From an uncultured Clostridia bacterium (lineage in GTDB: Bacteria; CAYTYR01; UBA6262): DNA of 64,000 bases. The stretch is from NCBI GenBank assembly GCA_964441745.1, contig CAYTYR010000007.1:1-64000 (forward strand), given 5' to 3'. A program made the position numbers and the translations under genes. This document shows, piece by piece, positions 18,462 through 27,873 of this stretch. Position 1 is the first letter of the stretch. The number at the start of each line of letters is the position of its first letter. The notes under the pieces are model-generated. The model ran no database searches. It worked only from the letters and a program-made list of their open reading frames with translations, and was not told the DNA's origin.

Positions 18462-18707
18462 ATGATGGCGGATAATGTGAAGGAATTAGTAGAGTACATT
18501 GTCAAAGCTTTGGTTGACGAGCCAGATCAAGTAACCGTAAATGAGATCTTAGGAGAACAGGCCATAGTGCTGGAATTACGGGTAGCCCAGCCAGATATCG
18601 GTAAAGTGATCGGCAAACAAGGCCGGATCGTGAAAGCGATCAGGCTTTTATTAGGAGCGGCCGGGTCAAAAGCCAAGAAACGCATAGTCCTGGAGATCAT
18701 TGAGTGA
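18462..18707 (+). CDS. khpA: KH-domain RNA-binding protein
   Basis: [11 protein letters not shown]; follows rpsP. Confidence 0.92.
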   Translation: MMADNVKELVEYIVKALVDEPDQVTVNEILGEQAIVLELRVAQPDIGKVIGKQGRIVKAIRLLLGAAGSKAKKRIVLEIIE

Positions 18708-19402
18708 AAATAGAAGTGATCACCCTTTTCCCGGGGATCTTTAAAGGATTCCTGGAAGAATCAATAATAAAACAGGCGCAAAAAAAGGGAGCAGTCAGTA
18801 TTGATCTGGTTAATTTGCGTATTTTCGGGGAAGGCAGGCACAAGATTTGCGATGATTCACCCTATGGCGGCGGCGCCGGGCTGGTCATGAAGTGCGAACC
18901 ATTGTTTAAAGCGGTACAGCAAGCATCCCGGAAAAACAGCAAAGTCATACTGATGTCACCCCAAGGCCAGGTTCTCAACCAGGCGGTAGCTAACAGGCTG
19001 GCAAAACATAAAAACCTGGTGATCATCTGTGGCCGTTATGAAGGGATAGATGAACGGGTCAGGGCCAAACTGGTTGATGAAGAGATCTCGATCGGTGATT
19101 TTGTGGTTGGCGGCGGGGAAGTGCCGGCCATGCTGCTCATCGAAGCTCTGGTGAGGTTAGCGCCCGGGGCGATCAGTAAAAAAGAATCATATGAAAATGA
19201 TTCTTTTTACAACGGACTGCTGGATTGGCCTCATTACACCAGGCCGGCAATTTATAAAAGAATGAAAGTCCCAGCAGTACTAACCAGCGGCAATCATGCC
19301 GCTATTGCGCAGTGGCGGCGGAAACAGGCAGAAAAATTAACTAAAAAGAATAAGCCTGGTCTTTGGGCTGATTATTTAAAAACAACAAAAAAGAAGGAGT
19401 AG
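18704..19402 (+). CDS. trmD: tRNA (guanine-N1)-methyltransferase
   Basis: [31 protein letters not shown]. Confidence 0.97.
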   Translation: MKIEVITLFPGIFKGFLEESIIKQAQKKGAVSIDLVNLRIFGEGRHKICDDSPYGGGAGLVMKCEPLFKAVQQASRKNSKVILMSPQGQVLNQAVANRLAKHKNLVIICGRYEGIDERVRAKLVDEEISIGDFVVGGGEVPAMLLIEALVRLAPGAISKKESYENDSFYNGLLDWPHYTRPAIYKRMKVPAVLTSGNHAAIAQWRRKQAEKLTKKNKPGLWADYLKTTKKKE

Positions 19403-19405
19403 AAA

Positions 19406-19780
19406 ATGGATTTGATGAAAGTAGTACGCGACAAGCAGTTGAAGAAGGACATACCTTCCTTTAAACCGGGTGATTTGGTCCGGGTACACACCAAGGTGGT
19501 AGAAGGAGACAATGAACGGGTACAGATATTTGAAGGTACCGTCATTGCCCGTAAAAACGGGGGATTGAACGAAACCCTGACGGTTAGGAAAATATCGTTT
19601 GGCGTAGGCGTAGAAAGGATCTTCCCGATCCACTCGCCGCGGATCATGAAATTGGAAAGGGTCAAAGAAGGTAAAGTCCGCCGGGCAAAACTATACTATA
19701 TCCGGGATAAAGAAGGTAAGGAAGCTAAAATTAAGGAAAGAAAAACCATCCAGGTCACTCCTACTGATGCTAAAGGATGA
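19406..19780 (+). CDS. rplS: 50S ribosomal protein L19
   Basis: [21 protein letters not shown]. Confidence 0.97.
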   Translation: MDLMKVVRDKQLKKDIPSFKPGDLVRVHTKVVEGDNERVQIFEGTVIARKNGGLNETLTVRKISFGVGVERIFPIHSPRIMKLERVKEGKVRRAKLYYIRDKEGKEAKIKERKTIQVTPTDAKG

Positions 19781-20411
19781 AAACAGGGAAAAAGAGCGGG
19801 TTAGCCAGCTGTATGTGACGGAAAAGCAATGCTACGCCAGCGGCGCGAAACTGGTGGCTGGTATTGATGAGGCTGGCCGCGGTCCGCTGGCCGGACCGGT
19901 AGTGGCCGGCGCAGTGATTTTGCCGCCATTTGCTTTTTTGCCGAAATTGAATGATTCAAAATTGGTATCGGAAAAGGACCGGAATTTGTTGTACCAAAAA
20001 ATACAGGACATAGCGGTAGCAATAGGTATCGGGGAAGTCAGTGTTGAACTTATTGACCGGCATAATATCCTGGAAGCGACAAAAATTGCCATGATCAAAG
20101 CCATAGAGAATCTGGGGGCAACCCCGGATTTTTTATTGATCGATGCGGTCAAGCTAACTGCCTCAAAAATACCGCAAAAGAATATTATTAAAGGGGACAG
20201 GATCAGCGCTTCGATCGCCGCCGCCAGCATTATCGCCAAGGTCTACCGGGATAAAATAATGCGCGAACTGCACGAAAAATATCCTTTATATGGTTTTAAC
20301 CGGCATAAGGGCTATGGCACCAGGGAACACCTGGAAGCCTTGGCCAAATATGGCCCATGTCCGTACCACCGGAAAAGTTTTGCTCCGGTCAAAGAGGCCT
20401 GTCATGTCTAA
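19767..20411 (+). CDS. rnhB: Ribonuclease HII
   Basis: [27 protein letters not shown]. Confidence 0.97.
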   Translation: MLKDENREKERVSQLYVTEKQCYASGAKLVAGIDEAGRGPLAGPVVAGAVILPPFAFLPKLNDSKLVSEKDRNLLYQKIQDIAVAIGIGEVSVELIDRHNILEATKIAMIKAIENLGATPDFLLIDAVKLTASKIPQKNIIKGDRISASIAAASIIAKVYRDKIMRELHEKYPLYGFNRHKGYGTREHLEALAKYGPCPYHRKSFAPVKEACHV

Positions 20412-20775
20412 AGTTGATAACCGCCGCAAAGGATTTGCGGGAGAAGAAAAAGCTGCTGATTATTTGCGTGAGCTAGGCTATATGATCCTGGAACAGAACT
20501 GGTGCAGTAAGATGGGAGAGCTGGATATAATCGCTCTTGATCGGGAAGCCTTGGTCTTTATCGAGGTCAAATCACGCCAGGATCTAGCCTATGGACTGCC
20601 GCAACAAGCGGTGAATGATCATAAGCAAAGGCAAATAATCAAGGCTGCCCTGGGCTATATCAAAAGCAAAGGGATCATTGACAAGGATGTCCGGTTTGAT
20701 GTGGTAAGCATCAACGGCGAAGATATTGAATTGATCGAGAATGCTTTTCAATCTGATGGTAGATACCGTTATTGA
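20404..20775 (+). CDS. yraN: YraN family endonuclease-like protein
   Basis: GEEKAADYL, GELDII, FIEVKSR, RFDV; ATG at 20404. Confidence 0.9.
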   Translation: MSKVDNRRKGFAGEEKAADYLRELGYMILEQNWCSKMGELDIIALDREALVFIEVKSRQDLAYGLPQQAVNDHKQRQIIKAALGYIKSKGIIDKDVRFDVVSINGEDIELIENAFQSDGRYRY

Positions 20776-20867
20776 AAACGTCGCGCGTCGTACGAAATGT
20801 GTCGAGCGGAGAACAGCATAAAAGCGGGTGCCAGGAAAAGATAATAGAGTCAATAAAGAGGGTTAGA

Positions 20868-21731
20868 GTGTCAAAGAACTATATAATAATATCGGCATTT
20901 ATTTTAATAATCTTGTCTGCAGCGGTTTGGGCAGATGGAATACAAGATGAAATATTTTATCAAAACCAGGAGCATAATCTTTCCATTAATATAAATAATT
21001 TCAACAAGCTCACAGCCGAAGACATTCCTGCCTTGATCGGGATATTAACTGAAAGCAAAGAGAATCAGCCGATTAAGACCATTGCCGGCAAATTGAAGGT
21101 GTCTACTTCAGCCAAAAATTCGATAATTTTAAAACTGGCTGAGTTTGGCGATAAGAGAGCTAAAGAGATAATAGAATGGTATCTGGAGCACAGTACAGAC
21201 AGGTTTAATAGGCACATCGCTGCTGTTTCCCTGGGTGCAGTAGGAGACCAGTCTTCTATTGAAAAGCTCAAAGCCGTAGTCAAAGATTATGATCCATCCC
21301 TACAGCTATATGCTGCCAGGTCGTTGGGCGAATTAGGCGATGGTTCTGGTTATGAGGTCGCAGTGCAATACCTGAAAAGCAGTGATTTAACTTTGAAAAA
21401 TCAGGCTATGTATGCCCTGGCTATGATCAGTAAAACAGAAGCCATCCCGCTGTTAGAGCTGGAATTAGCCGATAAAGGAACTAGGGAAGTTGCCCGTTTG
21501 GCAATCAGCAAAATTGAATATGACCATTTAACCGGAAAAAAGAAACCCGCTTACCTGAGAAAGTTATTAAAACGGGAAACCGGTGAAACTGTCTACTGGG
21601 CTGCCGTTGAATTCATGAAATTGGGTGACAAGTATATTCCAGAGCTTAAGCAGATCGCGGGAAAAAAGAAATATCCAGGCCGGGCCATGATCAAGGAAGC
21701 TTTGGCTGAAAAAGAGGCTGTAGTAAAATAG
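20868..21731 (+). CDS. Secreted HEAT-repeat protein
   Basis: Signal-like N-terminus from GTG 20868; repeated AA.SLG..GD helical units. Confidence 0.75.
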   Translation: MSKNYIIISAFILIILSAAVWADGIQDEIFYQNQEHNLSININNFNKLTAEDIPALIGILTESKENQPIKTIAGKLKVSTSAKNSIILKLAEFGDKRAKEIIEWYLEHSTDRFNRHIAAVSLGAVGDQSSIEKLKAVVKDYDPSLQLYAARSLGELGDGSGYEVAVQYLKSSDLTLKNQAMYALAMISKTEAIPLLELELADKGTREVARLAISKIEYDHLTGKKKPAYLRKLLKRETGETVYWAAVEFMKLGDKYIPELKQIAGKKKYPGRAMIKEALAEKEAVVK

Positions 21732-21767
21732 TTTCAGGATCAGAAAATACTACTGACAGGAGAGAGT

Positions 21768-22196
21768 ATGCAGGAATCTTTTAAAGAAATGGTCAAAGAG
21801 CTAAAAGGATTTTTTGCTCCGGAAATAATCTATTTTAACCAGGATCTGCAATTTGTCAAAACCAGGATGGTAGTAACGGCAGAAAAAATGCCGCCCTTAC
21901 TGGCGATCCTGGATAAGTTTTATAAAGCGCCGTTTAAACCAGCTGGAGAGAAGCCAGCCAGGGAAATGGGTGACCTGGAAGTGATCCAGGCTTTGAACGG
22001 CATCAGGAAAGACCAAACCTTATACCTTAATACCAATAATCCTGAATATGTGTATTTTGCCGCGATCTGGCCCTGGCAGAGCGATCCAACACAGGCCAGT
22101 CTTTTTCTGGGTTTGCATTTTGGCGGTCTCTTGACTCCGGCCCGAAAAATCCTGATGGAAAATATCAAAACAGAACTTGAAGCTATTGTTAAATAG
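21768..22196 (+). CDS. Hypothetical protein
   Basis: GGAG RBS, 142 aa, GIRKDQTLY and IWPWQ segments; function unknown. Confidence 0.7.
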   Translation: MQESFKEMVKELKGFFAPEIIYFNQDLQFVKTRMVVTAEKMPPLLAILDKFYKAPFKPAGEKPAREMGDLEVIQALNGIRKDQTLYLNTNNPEYVYFAAIWPWQSDPTQASLFLGLHFGGLLTPARKILMENIKTELEAIVK

Positions 22197-22197
22197 A

Positions 22198-23304
22198 ATG
22201 TCCACTGAAAAAGTTCTTATTCTCTATGCTCCTTGCGGCGCCGGCCATAAAAAGGCGGCGGAAGCCCTGGCCGGATATTTTAGCCAGCAGGCTAAAATAG
22301 CAGTGGAAATTAAAGATATCCTGGATTTTGCTCCTGCCTGGTACCGCTTTATCTACCGCGACGGATATTACTTGCTCATCAAGAGATTCCCTCAATTATG
22401 GTCATGGCTATATCAAGCGACAGAACTTGGCTATAAAGAAAATCTTCTTACCCGGATCATCCGCACAGTGGAGAATTCCTTTTTTGGCTTATTTTACCGC
22501 TACTTGGAATCAAATAAACCAACAATCTTGATTACCACCCATTTTCTGCCTATATCGCTATTAAAGGATAAACAAAGGGATTTTAAATTTAGCGCTGTGG
22601 TTACTGATTATTTTCCTCACAGTTTATGGGTCAGCGCCCAGGTTGATCAATATTTTGTCGGTTCCGAAGAGGTCAAACAGGTTTTGTTGAAGAAAGAAGT
22701 CAGCGCAGAAAAAATTACCGTCACCGGGATACCGATCAAGCCAATTGACCTCAAAGGATCTGCCAAGGAAGAAAAACGCCAAAAAGCCGGACTAAGAGCT
22801 GACCTATTTACGGTGCTGATCTTAAGCGGCGCCGGAGGGGTTGGGGACCTGTCTTCAATCATTAATAGTTTGCAGCAATTAGCCGGTAAAATACAGGTGA
22901 TCGTTAATACAGGCTTGAACCAGCAATTACAGGCCAGAATGGTGCAAGAAGCGAGTCGCGGCAAATTAGCGATCCAGGTAATCGGCTTTACTGATAAAAT
23001 TTATGAATATTACGCGATTAGCGATTTGGTGATCACCAAACCGGGAGGACTGACTGTGACTGAGGGATTGAATTTTGGGCTGCCGCTGGTGATGATCAAT
23101 GCCATCCCCGGCCAGGAAGAGGAAAATGCCAATTTTGTGGTTAACAAAAAAGCTGGGCTCCTGGTTAAGGAGATGAAACAAATACCGGAAATTATTGCAG
23201 GTTGGTTGGCAGACCCGGCGCAACTGACCGCTATGCGGCAACAGGCTTTAGCCGCAGTGCCACATGATAGTAATGAAAGAATATTCCATAAGATTATTAC
23301 TTGA
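22198..23304 (+). CDS. MGDG synthase/UgtP-like glycosyltransferase (GT28)
   Basis: GAGHKKAAEAL, ITTHF, TGIP, ITKPGGLT, IPGQEEEN. Confidence 0.9.
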   Translation: MSTEKVLILYAPCGAGHKKAAEALAGYFSQQAKIAVEIKDILDFAPAWYRFIYRDGYYLLIKRFPQLWSWLYQATELGYKENLLTRIIRTVENSFFGLFYRYLESNKPTILITTHFLPISLLKDKQRDFKFSAVVTDYFPHSLWVSAQVDQYFVGSEEVKQVLLKKEVSAEKITVTGIPIKPIDLKGSAKEEKRQKAGLRADLFTVLILSGAGGVGDLSSIINSLQQLAGKIQVIVNTGLNQQLQARMVQEASRGKLAIQVIGFTDKIYEYYAISDLVITKPGGLTVTEGLNFGLPLVMINAIPGQEEENANFVVNKKAGLLVKEMKQIPEIIAGWLADPAQLTAMRQQALAAVPHDSNERIFHKIIT

Positions 23305-23421
23305 CAAATACCGATTAAAAGCGTATATAATAGTATATCTGAGGCTATTATGTGCGATTGGACTAACCAAAGCATTAGTTAAAAACTAATGTTTTTTTTT
23401 GTTTCGCACGGGAGGTTGGTC

Positions 23422-23922
23422 ATGAAGAAATTAATTATTGTCTTTATTTGCTTGGTTATCACGCTATTGATGCTGGGCGCGGCAAAGGCCTATGCTTTTC
23501 ATTATACTACTGCTAATAGCACCCCGTATTCTGCCTTAACCGGCAAGAGTAATAACCTGGAATCTCCCAATAATGAAACTAACCTATATACATTTGACTT
23601 ACTGTCTTTCCTCAAGATCGAACAAAGTGATTTTGGCTCACTTCAAATGTATAATGGTAAAGTATATATCCGCGAAGGCCTAACCTACAAAATTTACCAA
23701 TTAGATCCTCATACCGGTCAGTATGCCAAGTCTGTTTCTGCTGATAATCTTGGCGCTGAAATGGCTGGCTTATTAAACCAGATGTTCTCCCCTCAGGAAA
23801 ACAAGCAAGTATTGGAAAAAATTAATATTAACTACACAGAATTAATACAGCTGGCACTTAATTTGCTGGCAGTAATAGTGTGGCTGCCAACAGCCTATAT
23901 ATCTGCATCTTGTAAAGATTGA
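23422..23922 (+). CDS. Hypothetical exported protein with C-terminal hydrophobic segment
   Basis: GGAGG RBS, MKK signal peptide ending AYA; upstream TTGACA at 23301. Confidence 0.65.
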   Translation: MKKLIIVFICLVITLLMLGAAKAYAFHYTTANSTPYSALTGKSNNLESPNNETNLYTFDLLSFLKIEQSDFGSLQMYNGKVYIREGLTYKIYQLDPHTGQYAKSVSADNLGAEMAGLLNQMFSPQENKQVLEKININYTELIQLALNLLAVIVWLPTAYISASCKD

Positions 23923-23967
23923 TTTTGAATGACTAAATAGTTTGCAATTTGAGAGAAGCATATTAAC

Positions 23968-24049
23968 TAAAAACCCCGAAGGGGCAGAGTTCCACGGACT
24001 TTACGTGGGTATCTACTTCTTATTTACACACTTTTTGTTGACTTGTCAA
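23968..24049 (-). ncRNA. Candidate ~50-nt RNA with own promoter and terminator
   Basis: Minus strand TTGACA (24049-24044)-17 nt-TAAATA; CCACG/CGTGG hairpin, then CCCC-TTC-GGGG-TTTTT. Confidence 0.4.
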
Positions 24050-24143
24050 AGAAACATATACATTTACATTTAAAATAACGGATGTTAAAATAATAGAGTA
24101 TGGTAAAAAAACTATTAAGCATAAATGGGCCGCTGAATAATTA

Positions 24144-24441
24144 TTGACAAAAATATGGTTATAAGCTATAAAGATACCCTTTAACCCGGAATTTGCAATA
24201 GGATTTGGAATTCGTCGAAAAATCGCTTTGTCTTTTCGTCTAAAAAATCGCGAACATACCGCTGCGAGTATGCTCGCACTTTTTTGAGACGAAAATACTG
24301 CGCGCTTTTCCGTCTCGGTTCGTCAAACCTATTGTAAAATCCGGGTTTAACCAAAAGGGTATTTTTATTTTATAAGGAGTCTTCATGTTAGCCAAAGTAT
24401 TAACTAGCGCGGTATTGGGAATAGATGCCTATATTATTAAG
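24144..24441 (+). repeat. Direct repeat of comM promoter, leader and first 19 codons (copy 1)
   Basis: Matches 25238-25535 (offset 1094); identical 24167-24404. Confidence 0.95.
24184..24346. mobile_element. 163-bp palindromic MITE-like element (copy 1)
   Basis: TIRs ACCCGGAATTTGCAATAGG / CCTATTGTAAAATCCGGGT, flanking TTA direct repeat, internally palindromic. Confidence 0.7.
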
Positions 24442-24474
24442 ATTGTTTCAGCGGAAAAAGCAAAAAAAGATTGA
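24385..24474 (+). pseudogene. comM: comM 5' fragment (29-aa ORF)
   Basis: MLAKVLTSAVLGIDAYIIK identical to ComM residues 1-19, then IVSAEKAKKD*. Confidence 0.9.
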
Positions 24475-24499
24475 CAATACAACTAAACAGTAGTATATT
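24471..24499 (+). promoter_or_regulatory. Promoter of TA operon with possible operator
   Basis: TTGACA-17 nt-TATATT; imperfect dyad ATACAACT/AGTAGTAT within it. Confidence 0.6.
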
Positions 24500-24514
24500 A
24501 ATAATGGAGAGAAA

Positions 24515-24871
24515 ATGCCAAAATGTGAATGTTGGTATTATACAATGAGTTCTGGTAAATCACCGGTAAAAGAATTTGTCCAATCTTTAGATGATCAGGC
24601 TAAAGCCAAATTTTACTTCAAAAAAGGATTGCTGGAAGAATTTGGCTGGAGATTGCCGGCACCGCATGCCAAGCACATCGGCCATGATATTTATGAGTTG
24701 AGATTTCAAGGAGTGGTGGGACAGTTAAGGGTATTGTATTTTTTCTTTACTGGTAATAAAATAATATTTACTAACGGCTTTATTAAAAAGACTGACAAAA
24801 CGCCAAAAAATGAGATAACCCTGGCTTTAGACAGGAAAAAGGATTTTCTCAATAGAATGACAGAAAGGTGA
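24515..24871 (+). CDS. RelE/HigB-family (Gp49-like) toxin
   Basis: GKSPVKEF, IYELR, RVLYFF, GFIKKTDKTP; toxin precedes antitoxin. Confidence 0.88.
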   Translation: MPKCECWYYTMSSGKSPVKEFVQSLDDQAKAKFYFKKGLLEEFGWRLPAPHAKHIGHDIYELRFQGVVGQLRVLYFFFTGNKIIFTNGFIKKTDKTPKNEITLALDRKKDFLNRMTER

Positions 24872-25221
24872 TGAAGATGAAAAAGAATAAAATACTAAAA
24901 GTAGACGAACACTTAAAAGAAGAAATGAAAAGACCTGTTTTTAAGGAACTCTGCGAATTGGAAGACCAAAAACTCCAGATTGCCAAAAAGATCGTGGGCT
25001 ATCGCATAACCCACAATTTGACGCAAAAGCAGTTAGCAAAAAAAATTAAGGTTAGTCAACAGTACATCTCCAAAATAGAGAAGGGAGAGTTCTTTAATAT
25101 CCCATCCTTGGAGAAAGTACTTGTCCCTTTAGGGTATAAGGTAAAATTGGAAGCTGTGCCATTAAGAGAAAAAACATCCCCCGGTCAACGCCATGTAATT
25201 TATCACTCACAAGTCGCATGA
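24868..25221 (+). CDS. XRE-HTH antitoxin (HigA-like)
   Basis: LTQKQLAKKIKVSQQYISKIEKG; overlaps toxin stop. Confidence 0.88.
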   Translation: MMKMKKNKILKVDEHLKEEMKRPVFKELCELEDQKLQIAKKIVGYRITHNLTQKQLAKKIKVSQQYISKIEKGEFFNIPSLEKVLVPLGYKVKLEAVPLREKTSPGQRHVIYHSQVA

Positions 25222-25237
25222 TCATTTTAAGTATTTG

Positions 25238-25535
25238 TTGACAAATATATACATATAAGATATAAAGATACCCTTTAACCCGGAATTTGCAATAGGATTT
25301 GGAATTCGTCGAAAAATCGCTTTGTCTTTTCGTCTAAAAAATCGCGAACATACCGCTGCGAGTATGCTCGCACTTTTTTGAGACGAAAATACTGCGCGCT
25401 TTTCCGTCTCGGTTCGTCAAACCTATTGTAAAATCCGGGTTTAACCAAAAGGGTATTTTTATTTTATAAGGAGTCTTCATGTTAGCCAAAGTATTAACCA
25501 GCGCAGTTTTAGGCATAGATGCTTATATTATCAAG
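25238..25535 (+). repeat. Direct repeat copy 2 (functional comM promoter and leader)
   Basis: TTGACA 25238-17 nt-TATAAA 25261; matches 24144-24441. Confidence 0.95.
25278..25440. mobile_element. 163-bp palindromic MITE-like element (copy 2)
   Basis: Identical by eye to 24184-24346. Confidence 0.7.
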
Positions 25536-27011
25536 GTGGAAGTGGATATCAGCAAGGGATTGCCAGCTTTCAATATTGTTGGCTTGCCGGATACCAGCGT
25601 GCGGGAAAGCCGGGATCGGGTCATGTCCGCAATCAAAAACAGCGAATTGAAATTCCCGACTAAACGCATGACCGTAAATATGGCGCCGGCGGATATCAAG
25701 AAAGAAGGGGCCAGTTTTGACCTGGCCATTGCTATTGGCATACTGGCAGCCAACGGAGAAGTAAGGAAAGATAAACTAAAAGACTATGTTTTCCTGGGAG
25801 AATTAGCCTTGGATGGCTCTATCCGGCAGGTACGCGGGGTTTTATCTATAGCCTTGGCCATGCGCCAAGAAAATATCCAGGGCCTGATCGTACCGGAACA
25901 TAACCAGAAAGAAGCTGGGGTAATAGAAAACCTGAAGGTGTATCCAGTGACTCATTTGCGGCAGGTAGTGGACTTCCTGAACGGGACAGGCAAACTGCCT
26001 GAGTATAAGTTTAACTTGCAGGAAGCCTTTGAACGGAATAATCGCTATGATATTGATTTCAGCGATGTCAAAGGACAAATGTTCGCTAAACGGGCTTTGG
26101 AAGTGGCTGCTGCCGGCGGTCATAATATTCTTTTGATCGGCAGTCCTGGATCAGGGAAGACGATGCTGGCTAAAAGGTTGCCGACAATTTTACCGGATAT
26201 GTCGTTAGACGAAAGCATTGAAACTACTAAGATCCATAGTGTTTCCGGCAATCTGGACGGATTATCATTGGTCGCGACCAGGCCGTTCCGTTCTCCGCAT
26301 CATACGATCAGTGATGTCGCGCTGATCGGTGGCGGGGCATATCCCAAACCAGGGGAAGTGAGCTTATCGCATAATGGGGTGCTTTTCCTGGATGAATTGC
26401 CCGAATTCCACCGCAATGTCCTGGAAGTGCTCAGACAGCCATTGGAAGATGGAGTGGTGACTATTTCGCGGGCAGTGACCAGCCTGACCTATCCGGCCAA
26501 ATTCATGATGGTAGCGGCCATGAATCCCTGTCCTTGCGGCTATTATGGTGATAATAAGCAAGAGTGCCTTTGCTCTGTGTTTAAGATCCAGAAATATCAT
26601 TCTAAAGTTTCAGGCCCTTTACTGGACCGTATAGACATGCATGTGGAAGTGCCCCGGCTTAAGTTTACTGAAATGAGCGCAGACCAACCGGCAGAAAGCA
26701 GCGCGGTGGTCCGGGCCAGGGTAAATCAGGCCAGGGTCATTCAGCAAGACCGTTATCAGAAAGAAAAGCAGATCCATTGTAATGCCCATATGCAACCCAA
26801 ACATCTTAAAAAATATTGCCAGCTTACTCCAGAAAGCCAGGAGTTGCTGAAAAATGCCATCAATAAATTAAATCTCAGCGCCCGCGCTTATGACCGCATC
26901 TTGAAGGTGGCCAGGACCATCAGTGACCTGGACAACCAACCCCAGATACAATCGCAGCATATCGCCGAAGCCCTGCAATATCGCAGCCTGGACAAGAACC
27001 TGTTTGCTTAA
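25479..27011 (+). CDS. comM: ComM/YifB Mg-chelatase-like AAA+ ATPase
   Basis: IVGLPD, GSPGSGKT, RPFRSPHH, FLDELPEF, AMNPCPCG, ARTISDL. Confidence 0.97.
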   Translation: MLAKVLTSAVLGIDAYIIKVEVDISKGLPAFNIVGLPDTSVRESRDRVMSAIKNSELKFPTKRMTVNMAPADIKKEGASFDLAIAIGILAANGEVRKDKLKDYVFLGELALDGSIRQVRGVLSIALAMRQENIQGLIVPEHNQKEAGVIENLKVYPVTHLRQVVDFLNGTGKLPEYKFNLQEAFERNNRYDIDFSDVKGQMFAKRALEVAAAGGHNILLIGSPGSGKTMLAKRLPTILPDMSLDESIETTKIHSVSGNLDGLSLVATRPFRSPHHTISDVALIGGGAYPKPGEVSLSHNGVLFLDELPEFHRNVLEVLRQPLEDGVVTISRAVTSLTYPAKFMMVAAMNPCPCGYYGDNKQECLCSVFKIQKYHSKVSGPLLDRIDMHVEVPRLKFTEMSADQPAESSAVVRARVNQARVIQQDRYQKEKQIHCNAHMQPKHLKKYCQLTPESQELLKNAINKLNLSARAYDRILKVARTISDLDNQPQIQSQHIAEALQYRSLDKNLFA

Positions 27012-27187
27012 TATGCTAGAAATGTCAAATATAGGAAAATCGCTTGACAAAGCACTGTTTTTAAGGCATTTTCTGACTAGAAGTTGCTGGAAGCGTAAAA
27101 TGTGTATTCCCAAGCTTGGAGATGAACACATATTTTATGATACCAGTATCGAGCGGTAAAACCAACAAAATCTACAAAATAACTCTC

Positions 27188-27226
27188 ACCGACCATACAA
27201 ATTAAGTATGGTTGGTTTTGTTTTAT
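27188..27226 (+). terminator. Intrinsic terminator (possibly regulated)
   Basis: ACCGACCATAC-AAATTAA-GTATGGTTGGT followed by TTTGTTTTATT. Confidence 0.75.
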
Positions 27227-27373
27227 TCTTTTATTTAAGGAGTTCATCATTCCAGGTTTAGTAAAGCCTTATTCTTTCTTGTTCTGCTTCTGGGTATTGT
27301 CTAGTATATGGGTAATCTGGCAATTTTATTTAGTAAGAGAAAATCAATATCTCAAAAAGGGTGGCAAATAAAA

Positions 27374-27859
27374 ATGAAGATAAATCTTATAAAAAAGAAT
27401 ATTTTTATGGCGCTTATTTGTGGTATGCTTTTATTCTCAGTAATTGCTCAAGGAGCAGAGTCGGCAGTTGAAAGGCCATTATCGCCACCAGTTAATATTG
27501 AGTTTAGTATAGATAGTACTCCTAAGTTAGGCGAAGAAGTAACATTGAGACTCACGATAACGCCTCTTGAGGATATGCACGCGGAAATAAGTTGTCTTTT
27601 ACCTGAAGGAGTAGAAGTTATTAGAGAAAAGGGAATAATGGTGCGGCCATATCGGGAAAGATTTCATACAGCACAGAAATTGCCAATGTACAGGCAGGCA
27701 GTAGTTTTATCCGTGGGGCCATTGAAAGGTGGTATAACAAAGGAGTTTGTATTTAGGGCAAAGGTTAGTAAGGTAGGGCAATATGAACTGATAGCTCAAT
27801 TAAAAGCGCTGGCAAAATGGGGAGTTAAGGAAGAATTCTTAGTATTAAACATTGAGTAA
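27374..27859 (+). CDS. Secreted hypothetical protein (Ig-like beta-rich)
   Basis: Signal peptide ending AQG; beta-strand pattern. Confidence 0.65.
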   Translation: MKINLIKKNIFMALICGMLLFSVIAQGAESAVERPLSPPVNIEFSIDSTPKLGEEVTLRLTITPLEDMHAEISCLLPEGVEVIREKGIMVRPYRERFHTAQKLPMYRQAVVLSVGPLKGGITKEFVFRAKVSKVGQYELIAQLKALAKWGVKEEFLVLNIE

Positions 27860-27873
27860 AAATTGGAGGATAA

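Noticed and set aside
20772-20867. N-terminal extension of the HEAT-repeat ORF
   Set aside because: Covers a weak heptamer-like spacer; a GTG with RBS at 20868 gives a proper signal peptide
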